A stretch of 64,000 nt of DNA from an uncultured Planctomycetales bacterium. GTDB lineage: Bacteria > Omnitrophota > Gorgyraeia > Gygaellales > Profunditerraquicolaceae. Each line of letters opens with the position of its first letter. Positions within the stretch are counted from its first letter, which is position 1. Position numbers and translations under genes: made by a program. The stretch covers positions 18,655-82,654 of the forward strand of contig CAZOGI010000011.1 of the NCBI GenBank assembly GCA_964579435.1, written 5' to 3'. Below, one piece after another: positions 57,121 to 64,000 of the stretch. The notes under the pieces were generated by a model. That model saw nothing but the letters and a program-made list of their open reading frames with translations. It searched no databases and had not been told where the DNA came from.

Positions 57121-57744
57121 ATGCAGGGATCGGTGCGCAGCGCGATCCTCGTGTCGGTGTGCAGCCATTGCCTTTTGGGCGCACTCTTGGTGCTTTCGTT
57201 CGGGCCGCGGCTCAAGACGCTTGCGCTGCCCACGGCTTCGTTCTGGGGGGCGTATCTGCGGACTGAGGATCTTGGGGGGACGCTGAAGCGTATCGGCAGC
57301 GTGCGCCCGCGGCGCCAGGCATCCGCGTCGCATCTGCCTCCCGCATCAGCGCTGCCTCCGGGAAACCTCGCCGGTGTTTTTCAGAAACCGTTCAGCCCCG
57401 TGCCGCCGAGTTTCCCGCGCGTGGCCTGCGCCCCGCAGGCATATGTCCTGCCTCCGCCGGTGCGACGGGAAGCGGTACTGATGCTTTACCCGCCGCTGCC
57501 GCAGCATTTCCGCCTCTATTTCAAGGACCGCCAGCGGGTGCACATCGAGTTTCTCGTGCGCATGTATGCGGAGGCAAAGACGCCGTCCTTGGTGGTGAAA
57601 CGCAAGATCTCTTCGGGTAACATCGAGGCGGATCTTTTGAGCATGCGCTACCTGAACCGGTATCTCTTCGAACAGCGCGGCCGGTTCTCTTTTGCCGACT
57701 GGGAGCCGGTCAAGATCGATCTGGAGCTCAAGGACGCGCGATGA
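57121..57744 (+). CDS. TonB-family energy transducer (putative)
   Basis: N-terminal TM helix, Pro-rich linker, C-terminal domain. Follows ExbB/ExbD. Confidence 0.5.
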   Translation: MQGSVRSAILVSVCSHCLLGALLVLSFGPRLKTLALPTASFWGAYLRTEDLGGTLKRIGSVRPRRQASASHLPPASALPPGNLAGVFQKPFSPVPPSFPRVACAPQAYVLPPPVRREAVLMLYPPLPQHFRLYFKDRQRVHIEFLVRMYAEAKTPSLVVKRKISSGNIEADLLSMRYLNRYLFEQRGRFSFADWEPVKIDLELKDAR

Positions 57745-57962
57745 TCACCGTCGATTTTTCCGGCGCCGTCGGGTTGTATCTGGCCGTCGCCCTGTCGCTG
57801 TTCTTCTGTCTCTGGTTGCTCTGGCGCCGGCAGAAGGACAAGACCTATACGCTGGAAAAACGGTTCCTCTGGTTCTGCGCGGTCTGCACGTATACCTATA
57901 TCAGTACGAGCGAAGAGGCGATATCGCAGTGCCCGCGCTGCGGCAGTTACAACCGGCGATGA
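57741..57962 (+). CDS. Small membrane protein with a C-terminal Cys4 zinc-ribbon
   Basis: ATGA overlap. TM helix, then CAVC...CPRCG. Confidence 0.5.
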   Translation: MITVDFSGAVGLYLAVALSLFFCLWLLWRRQKDKTYTLEKRFLWFCAVCTYTYISTSEEAISQCPRCGSYNRR

Positions 57963-57991
57963 CGCGGGAAAGGCGCAGGCGCAGAATTTTG

Positions 57992-58020
57992 TTGACAGGA
58001 GAGAGGGTTACTTTACAATA
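57992..58020 (+). promoter_or_regulatory. Sigma70-like promoter TTGACA-17-TACAAT
   Basis: TTGACA at 57992-57997 and TACAAT at 58015-58020, upstream of the wHTH/PilX-like genes. Confidence 0.5.
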
Positions 58021-58037
58021 CTAATCGGGAGGCCCGT

Positions 58038-58235
58038 ATGATAACGGAAATAGGCATAGTTGCCGGAGAGATTTGGCATTATCTTGACCAGCACGGGGCG
58101 GTGATGCTTTCCGAGTTGGCGCGCGGGATAGACCGTCCGCGGGACATTGTCTTGATGAGCGTCGGCTGGTTGGCGCGCGAAGGGCATGTCCTGGTCCAGC
58201 AGCTCGATAACGATTACCGGGTTACTCACCGGTAA
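58038..58235 (+). CDS. Small winged-helix DNA-binding protein (DUF2582-like)
   Basis: 65 aa. Helix-turn-helix-like ELARGIDRPRDIVLMSVGWLAREGHV. Confidence 0.5.
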   Translation: MITEIGIVAGEIWHYLDQHGAVMLSELARGIDRPRDIVLMSVGWLAREGHVLVQQLDNDYRVTHR

Positions 58236-58239
58236 GGCC

Positions 58240-58689
58240 ATGGTGAGCGTGTCTGCGCGAAAAATGACGGATCCGGTGCGCAAGCGCCGCGGCGCGGCTT
58301 TGATCATTGTTCTGGCTTCCCTGTTGGTATTGGTGGCGCTGCTCAATCTGGTTTTGGGTATGGTCTCCAGCCAGTCCCGCCTGACGCATCATCAGGTCAG
58401 CCGTGTACAGGCCTATTATGCGGCAATGGCAGGTATCAATCTGGCGAATGAGCGCCTGCGGTTAGGGGGCTGGACCGTCGGGGCAGACTGCGCGAGCACC
58501 AACTGTTGCGCTACTCCCTGCCTTTTGAGCGTCGAGGACGGAAACTTCGCCACGACTTTTCCTGCTTCGGTGAGCGAAGTGCAAATCCGTATTTTGCCTC
58601 CGGCTCATGCAGATTGTATTGAGCCTCAAGGATCGGAGGCTTGCATCAGCGCCACCGCATTATTCACTTACTCCACGAGTCCTTCCTGA
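58240..58689 (+). CDS. PilX-like type IV pilus minor pilin / assembly protein
   Basis: KRRGAALIIVLASLLVLVALLNLVLGMVSSQ matches the PilX N-terminal domain pattern. Confidence 0.5.
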   Translation: MVSVSARKMTDPVRKRRGAALIIVLASLLVLVALLNLVLGMVSSQSRLTHHQVSRVQAYYAAMAGINLANERLRLGGWTVGADCASTNCCATPCLLSVEDGNFATTFPASVSEVQIRILPPAHADCIEPQGSEACISATALFTYSTSPS

Positions 58690-58901
58690 TTTTCTTCGAA
58701 CTGCAATCCTGTCAAAGCGTTGCCCGAGTTTTTCTGTAACACCATTGTTTTAAATATCTTATAAATTTTTTACCATTAAGACGGTTGTTGAATAAGTAAG
58801 TATAAGTAAATCCTTAAATGAAAATAGAAAAAAATGCTTGACAAAGGAATTGCTTTATGTTTAAATGAACACAATGTAAGTTTAAAGATAAATGAGGAAG
58901 T
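58690..58901. other. 212-bp AT-rich island (about 30% GC in a 65% GC region) containing a TTGACA-17-TTAAAT promoter (58838-58866)
   Basis: Composition read directly from the sequence. A GAGGAAG RBS precedes the ATG at 58902. Confidence 0.6.
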
Positions 58902-59096
58902 ATGATACCGCGATTAATGGACATAGATGAGTTGGCCGATTACCTGAGACTGAAGAAGCAGACCATTTACAATTGGCTGCATGAGGGCAAGATTGCAGGG
59001 ATCAAGGTCGGGGGGGTCTGGCGGTTCGATCGGCGCGATATCGATGACTGGCTTAAAAGCCGGCGCCGTTTCAGCAAGAGCGCACTCAAACAATGA
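58902..59096 (+). CDS. Excisionase/Xis-family helix-turn-helix DNA-binding protein
   Basis: 64 aa. LKKQTIYNWLHEGKIAGIKVGGVWRF matches the MerR-like excisionase HTH pattern. Confidence 0.65.
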   Translation: MIPRLMDIDELADYLRLKKQTIYNWLHEGKIAGIKVGGVWRFDRRDIDDWLKSRRRFSKSALKQ

Positions 59097-60652
59097 AAAC
59101 ATCTCTCGGTATCTATTTAGGTAATAAGTACATCGGTATTGTCGAGGCCAAGGGCAAGGCCGTCCTCAATACGACGCGCATCAGCAGGGCCCAGGTCTCC
59201 GGAGATGGCCTCGAGGAAAAAGTCCCGGATGATCTGAAGCTGGTGACGTTGTTCAAGGATGAGTTCCGCAAGCTCAATATAACCTCAGCCGATGCCACGC
59301 TGTGCCTGTCAGGCAACGATCTGATCATCCGCACCTTCGAGATGCCGATCCTGCCGAAGAACGAGCTGAAGAGCGCGGTTAATTTCGAAGCGAAGAAATA
59401 CATCCCGTTTAAGATCGAAGAGCTCATCGTTGATTTCCAGGTGGTCGTTGACCGGATCAACCGCAGGAACCTGGTTGTTTTTTGCGGCATCAAGCGGGAG
59501 ATCCTGAACAAATATGCCAACGTTGCCAAGCAGTGCGGCTTTACTTTGGCGCGCATCGAATATTCAGGTTTCAGCCTGGTGCGCATCCTTGGCCTTTGCG
59601 GGTTTACGCGCAAAGGCATCAGCTGTCTCATCGGGCTCGACGCACAGGAGGGAGATGACCTGCAGTTTGCGGTCATGGAGGACGGGTTCCCGCTTTTCAG
59701 CCGCGACATATCCCTCGTGAGCGCGGTCCCTGAGTCCGTCTCAGGTGCCGGCGGCGCCGCATCCGCGGAAGTCACGGTCATGGACCGCCTGAAAACGGAA
59801 CTGCGTGTCTCCTTCGATTATTTCCAGAGGAAATTTCCTTCCAAGAGCCTCCAGAAGATTCACTTTATCGCCGCCCAGCAATACCATGCCGAGTTGAGCG
59901 CTTTTGCGCGCGATCTGGGGATGGATGCCAAATTCGCTTCGGTCGACAAGTATCTTGAAAAGGCCGGCGGTTTTTCTTTGAGCGTCCTGAAAGGCCTCAG
60001 CGCCGCGTTTGCCCCGTCAATCCCGACCGCTGTCAGGCTGAACCTGGTTGCGGCTCAGACCCGCCTGCAGGCGCAGCCGCGCGAACGCCGGATTCAATTC
60101 GATTTCGCTTCGTTTTTTCAGGATCTCTCGATCGATTTCAAGGCGGTCCTGCTGGGGATCTTCATCTGCGCTTCGGTGTGGGGGTATGGGATGTACCAGC
60201 GGTATCCGGTCCAGGAAGCCATCGCGACGGCGATAAAAGAGCGGCCGGAGGTGCCTTCGATACAGGGCGATCCGGCGCCGGATGCCCTGCAGAAGACCGA
60301 ATCACAGTTTTCCAAAAAATACGATACCCTCAGCAAGCTCGTCAAAGATCAGGTTTTTTTCACCGAAATACTCGATTCGCTGCCCCGCCTGACCCCCAAA
60401 GGGGTTTGGTTACAGGGTTGCGCGATAAAGAAGCTCCCGAAAGAATCCGGGTTGGAGTGTGATTTGCGCGGGAGCGCTTTTCTGGGCGACGCCAATGAGG
60501 AAGGGCAGATGATCCGTGAGTTTGCCGCCCGGCTCCAGCAGAACGAGCAGTTCGCGCGGTATTTCAAGAAAGTCGATATCTTGTCCCTGGAACGGGCGAC
60601 CCGTAACAAGTTGACGGTTACGCAGTTCGCCATTTCATGCAGGAGTAAATAG
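59093..60652 (+). CDS. pilM: Type IV pilus assembly protein, PilM (actin-like ATPase) fused to a PilN-like TM/periplasmic domain
   Basis: PilM-like N-terminal ~350 aa. TM helix AVLLGIFICASVWGYGMY at about residue 365. C-terminal periplasmic domain. Confidence 0.7.
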   Translation: MKTSLGIYLGNKYIGIVEAKGKAVLNTTRISRAQVSGDGLEEKVPDDLKLVTLFKDEFRKLNITSADATLCLSGNDLIIRTFEMPILPKNELKSAVNFEAKKYIPFKIEELIVDFQVVVDRINRRNLVVFCGIKREILNKYANVAKQCGFTLARIEYSGFSLVRILGLCGFTRKGISCLIGLDAQEGDDLQFAVMEDGFPLFSRDISLVSAVPESVSGAGGAASAEVTVMDRLKTELRVSFDYFQRKFPSKSLQKIHFIAAQQYHAELSAFARDLGMDAKFASVDKYLEKAGGFSLSVLKGLSAAFAPSIPTAVRLNLVAAQTRLQAQPRERRIQFDFASFFQDLSIDFKAVLLGIFICASVWGYGMYQRYPVQEAIATAIKERPEVPSIQGDPAPDALQKTESQFSKKYDTLSKLVKDQVFFTEILDSLPRLTPKGVWLQGCAIKKLPKESGLECDLRGSAFLGDANEEGQMIREFAARLQQNEQFARYFKKVDILSLERATRNKLTVTQFAISCRSK

Positions 60653-60653
60653 G

Positions 60654-61160
60654 ATGGCAGGCGAAACCCCCGGGATCCTCTCGAACAAGAGTTTTTTCCT
60701 GAACGCCGCGGTTGTACTCCTGGCCGTTTTCGGGGCGCTGCAGATTCACAAGATGAACGGCAAGGAGATGGTGCGGCTGCAGGATGAATTGTCTTCACAG
60801 AAAAAAAAGAACGAATTGCGCAAAAAGATAATCGGCCTGGAATCGAAGATCGAACGCCTCAGGCCGCTCTTCCCGCAGCAGAATCCTTCCGATGTGATGC
60901 TGGGGGTTTCGGAGATGGCGCGGGCAAGCGGGCTGGTCGTGAATTCGGTCCGTCCTTCGGGCACGGTTACCCAGCCGGATTATTTCAACCACGTCTACGT
61001 GCTGTCGGTGGGGGCGAAGGATTTTCATCAGCTCGGTGATTTTGTCAGCAAACTGGAGAACGCAAAAGAGATTTTTGTCTTGAACGAACTCCAGCTTAAC
61101 CCCCAGGCGAACGAAAAATACACCGTATCGGTTGCCGTTGCGCGCATCGAGATGCGCTGA
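60654..61160 (+). CDS. pilO: Type IV pilus assembly protein PilO
   Basis: N-terminal TM helix, coiled coil, C-terminal domain. Position between pilM/N and pilP. Confidence 0.65.
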   Translation: MAGETPGILSNKSFFLNAAVVLLAVFGALQIHKMNGKEMVRLQDELSSQKKKNELRKKIIGLESKIERLRPLFPQQNPSDVMLGVSEMARASGLVVNSVRPSGTVTQPDYFNHVYVLSVGAKDFHQLGDFVSKLENAKEIFVLNELQLNPQANEKYTVSVAVARIEMR

Positions 61161-61176
61161 ACGGGTGAGGACGCTT

Positions 61177-61680
61177 ATGACGAGAGAGAAGAGGAACAAC
61201 CGGAAGGGGCGCCGGAGGCCGGGGCAATGGCTGCCCCTGCTGATTGCCGCCTGCGCCCTGTTCGTGCGTGAGGCATCGGCTGTCCCCTCCCAGTATAAAG
61301 CGATGGAAGAGTATAAGCGCTCGGAAAACGCGCCCGTATCCGGCACGGAGAAGATCGAACGCAAAAAGGTCCAGTACGCCGCCAAGAAATATCCCGATCC
61401 TTTCAAGGATCCGACGGCGCTCACCAAAGGCGCGGGCCCTGGTAAAACCCGGGAAGGCGAGCGTCCGCTCCCGCCTCTGCAGGTTGCCGGAATTACCTGG
61501 GGCGGCATTTTCCCGATGGCGATCATCAACGGGCGCGTCCTCCGGGAGGGGGATACGATCCAGGGGGCAAAGATCATTAAGATCGCCGAGGACGGCATAA
61601 TCGTTCTCTTTGATTCCCGGCAGCATACGCTGTCCGCTCCTTCGGCGGCGTACCGGCAGCAGAAAAAACAGAAAGAATAA
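61177..61680 (+). CDS. pilP: Type IV pilus assembly lipoprotein PilP-like
   Basis: Lipobox IAAC. DPF motif and C-terminal beta-domain (GRVLREGDTIQGAKIIKI). Confidence 0.55.
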   Translation: MTREKRNNRKGRRRPGQWLPLLIAACALFVREASAVPSQYKAMEEYKRSENAPVSGTEKIERKKVQYAAKKYPDPFKDPTALTKGAGPGKTREGERPLPPLQVAGITWGGIFPMAIINGRVLREGDTIQGAKIIKIAEDGIIVLFDSRQHTLSAPSAAYRQQKKQKE

Positions 61681-61692
61681 AGGGAGGGCACG

Positions 61693-63231
61693 ATGAAGAG
61701 AGTGGCCATGTTCGGTCTTATCTGTACCGTTCTTCTGACGGGTATTCCCTGGCACGGGGTTAGAGCCGAGCCTGTCCTGGGGATGGCTGATCCGACCCTG
61801 GTCATGCCCGATCCGGAGCCGATGATCTCGATGGACTTCAAGGATGCCTCGCTCAAGGATATCCTTAAGGTCTTTTCGATACAATCGCGCCTCAACTTTA
61901 TCGCTTCCCAGGCGGTCCAGGACCGCAAGATGACGCTCTACCTGGACAAGGTCCCGCTCAACAAGGCGATGGAGAAGCTCTTCGACGCCAATAACCTCTC
62001 CTACGAATTGGACCGGACATCCGATATCTTCATCGTCAAAGACTGGGGGGCTCCGGTCCGCGAAACGATCACCAAGATATACGCCCTGCGCTATACGTCG
62101 CTTCCCAATTCCAATATCCGGCGCGAGATCAATAAGAACCTTGCTTCCGGGGGCGGTTCCACGCAGGGCGGAGGGGATATTGTGGCGGTCGTCAAGAACG
62201 TCCTGAGCGCAAACGGCAAAGTTGTCGAGAATACGCGTACCAACAGCATCATCGTCACCGATATCCCCAAGCAGTTCGAGATCATCGATTCGATCATCGC
62301 CAAGCTCGACGTGCCGATACCCGAGGTGATGCTCGAGGTCGAAATGCTCGATGTCCTGAAAGCGACCGTGGATAAGATGGGAGTGTATTTCCCGGATTCC
62401 ATCATGTCGCTGGATATGAGCGCCAATTCGCGCATGACCAAATTCCCGTTCGGCAACAAAGCGCAGAACGGACAGGACTGGACCCTGGAGATGGACGATG
62501 CTTCCGCAACGGGATGGGAGTTCGATCCCTGGCGCGCGTCGCATTTCGGGCCGACGGTCTTTTCGTTCCTCAATGCTAATTTTGCCCTTAACCTCATCAA
62601 ACAGCAGACCGACACCAAGACCCTGGCGCGCCCGCGGATCATGACGCTCAACCACGAGACCGCGGAGATCAAGATCGTCACGCAGGAAACGGTCGGGCAG
62701 AGCGAGGTCAGGCAAGGCGAAGGGACCGCCAGTACCACGACCGTCACCGCCGAGCGCTTTGAAACCGGCGTGACGATGCGGGTCACCCCGCAGATCAACA
62801 TGGAGACGGGCGAAATTACCATGTTCGTCATGCCGTCGGTTAAAGACGTTTCCTCCTCTTCCCTCACCGAATTCAACACCAAGGATCCCGAAGAGCGCAC
62901 GACAAAATCCGTCATCACGGTCAAAGACGGCGAGACGATCATCATCGGCGGATTGATCCACAACGCGTTCAACGAGATCAAGCGCCAGGCCCCCGGCCTC
63001 GGCGATATCCCCATCCTGGGGGCGCTCTTCCGGCACCGCAATAAAGACCGCGACCGCGAGCGGGAGCTGCTGGTGTTCATCACCCCGCGCATCGTCCGTG
63101 ACCCGCGCTTCAAGATCGCTTCATCGACGCCGATGCCGGTCATGCCCGAGCGGGAGCAGGCCCGTTCATATGACGATTTTAACCGGGATGCGGTGGTCGC
63201 GACGAGCCTGAATGAACTTGACCGGTACTAA
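61693..63231 (+). CDS. pilQ: Type IV pilus secretin PilQ (GspD/secretin family)
   Basis: Secretin C-domain GGLIHNAFNEIKRQAPGLGDIPILGALF...LLVFITPRIV. Confidence 0.9.
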   Translation: MKRVAMFGLICTVLLTGIPWHGVRAEPVLGMADPTLVMPDPEPMISMDFKDASLKDILKVFSIQSRLNFIASQAVQDRKMTLYLDKVPLNKAMEKLFDANNLSYELDRTSDIFIVKDWGAPVRETITKIYALRYTSLPNSNIRREINKNLASGGGSTQGGGDIVAVVKNVLSANGKVVENTRTNSIIVTDIPKQFEIIDSIIAKLDVPIPEVMLEVEMLDVLKATVDKMGVYFPDSIMSLDMSANSRMTKFPFGNKAQNGQDWTLEMDDASATGWEFDPWRASHFGPTVFSFLNANFALNLIKQQTDTKTLARPRIMTLNHETAEIKIVTQETVGQSEVRQGEGTASTTTVTAERFETGVTMRVTPQINMETGEITMFVMPSVKDVSSSSLTEFNTKDPEERTTKSVITVKDGETIIIGGLIHNAFNEIKRQAPGLGDIPILGALFRHRNKDRDRERELLVFITPRIVRDPRFKIASSTPMPVMPEREQARSYDDFNRDAVVATSLNELDRY

Positions 63232-63240
63232 CAACCCCTG

Positions 63241-64000
63241 ATGCCTAAAGAAAAATATCTTAAGATCGGAGAGCTCCTCATCAAGGAGGGGCTTCTCTCC
63301 GGTTCCCAGCTGGAGCGGGCAATCGCCGTTCAGCACAAAGAGGGAGGACGGCTGGGGGAGATCTGTGTGCGGCTGGGCCTGGTGAAGGAGGACGATCTGG
63401 TCAAAGTCCTCAGCAAGCAGCTCGGGGCGCCTTATTTTTCACTCGGCACCGGGATGCTTAAGCCCGCGATCGACCAGGGCCTGGACCAGCTCATTCCGCA
63501 CGAGTTCGCCTTGAAAAACCTGGTGCTCCCGCTCTCCCGGACGTTGCGCTCCCTGACCATCGCGATGGCCGATCCGCTGGATTTTATCCTCATCGACAAT
63601 GTCCGCAAGCTCACCGGGTGCGAGCTCAATACGGTCATCGCCACCAAGACCGATATCCTCAAAGCTATCGAAGAGTTTTATGACCGTTCGGCGATGTTTC
63701 GCGACGCGGTCAAGGCCAGTTACGACATCTCGGGACGCGACCAGATCATAATCGAGGACGAGTCGACCAAGCAGGAGCTGAGTCTCGATAACCTCATCGC
63801 GCTCGCCGAAGAGGCGCCGGTCGTCAAGCTGGTTGATCTGATCGTGCGCCAGGCGATCGACGAGCGCGCTTCGGACATCCACTTCGAGCCGTTTAAAGAC
63901 CGCATCAGCCTGCGTTACCGCATCGACGGGAAGCTCTATGAGATGCCTCCGCCGGCGCGCCACCTGCACCTGCCGATCATCTCGCGCATCAAGATCCTGG
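63241..64000 (+). CDS. pilB: Type IV pilus assembly ATPase PilB (GspE family), N-terminal part; the frame runs off the window end
   Basis: Open frame from ATG 63241. GspE N-terminal domain similarity (LIKEGLLSGSQLERAIAVQHKEGGRLGEI...). Confidence 0.8.
   Translation, partial: MPKEKYLKIGELLIKEGLLSGSQLERAIAVQHKEGGRLGEICVRLGLVKEDDLVKVLSKQLGAPYFSLGTGMLKPAIDQGLDQLIPHEFALKNLVLPLSRTLRSLTIAMADPLDFILIDNVRKLTGCELNTVIATKTDILKAIEEFYDRSAMFRDAVKASYDISGRDQIIIEDESTKQELSLDNLIALAEEAPVVKLVDLIVRQAIDERASDIHFEPFKDRISLRYRIDGKLYEMPPPARHLHLPIISRIKIL

Noticed and set aside
61096-63036. 646-aa minus-strand ORF
   Set aside because: Antisense to pilQ, whose secretin domain is unmistakable. Product is Arg/Asp/Gly-rich low complexity.
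1-64000. CRISPR arrays, insertion sequences, prophage or defence-system genes
   Set aside because: No direct-repeat/spacer array, no transposase or integrase ORF, and no recognisable defence domains were seen. The only repeats are the short GACAC palindromic elements.

Overview
High-GC (roughly 65%) bacterial chromosomal segment from a diderm (Gram-negative) organism; I cannot assign the phylum from sequence alone. All ~68 genes I can support lie on the + strand, and many are joined by 4-nt ATGA/GTGA start-stop overlaps. I found no tRNA, rRNA, CRISPR array or transposase; every long minus-strand ORF is antisense to a well-supported + strand gene and I treat them as GC-driven artifacts.

Housekeeping blocks, all on the + strand:
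- recG, then a membrane SGNH hydrolase, rsmD, coaD, a YceD-like protein and rpmF.
- The canonical fatty-acid cluster plsX-fabH-fabD-fabG-acpP-fabF.
- leuC-leuD, a small ORF, leuB, asd and truA.
- rplM-rpsI.
- An arginine block argC-argJ-argB-argD-argF-argG-argH.
- A lysine/diaminopimelate block lysA-dapF-lemA-dapA-dapB-dapL, then folK-panC and an aspartate dehydrogenase.
- uvrA.
- A TPR protein with ExbB/ExbD/TonB-like genes.
- A type IV pilus cluster with a PilX-like protein, a PilM-PilN fusion, PilO, PilP, PilQ and a partial PilB.

Accessory and unusual content:
1. At the left edge (1-7358), a second, dedicated type-II FAS/PKS-like cassette, with a PagL-like outer-membrane lipid A deacylase immediately downstream.
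   - It encodes a class-III aminotransferase, a ketosynthase (KS) plus a His-less KS-like partner, its own ACP, a ketoreductase, a FabZ-like dehydratase, an alpha/beta hydrolase, a CrtI-family FAD oxidoreductase and two lipoproteins.
   - I consider it the best candidate for an undescribed lipid or polyene pathway.
2. A glycolipid module (45741-50680): a GT1 glycosyltransferase, a large polytopic DUF2079-like membrane protein, a DPPR-synthase-like UbiA prenyltransferase and a GT9 glycosyltransferase. It is preceded by an odd Lys-rich tandem-repeat mini-protein.
3. A Cys-rich prepilin-like protein coupled to a CHASE2/HD-GYP c-di-GMP phosphodiesterase.
4. A family of four intergenic GACAC-heptad palindromic repeat elements. 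Two of them supply the last three codons (HDT) and the stop codon of the upstream genes.
5. A 212-bp AT-rich island upstream of the pilus genes.
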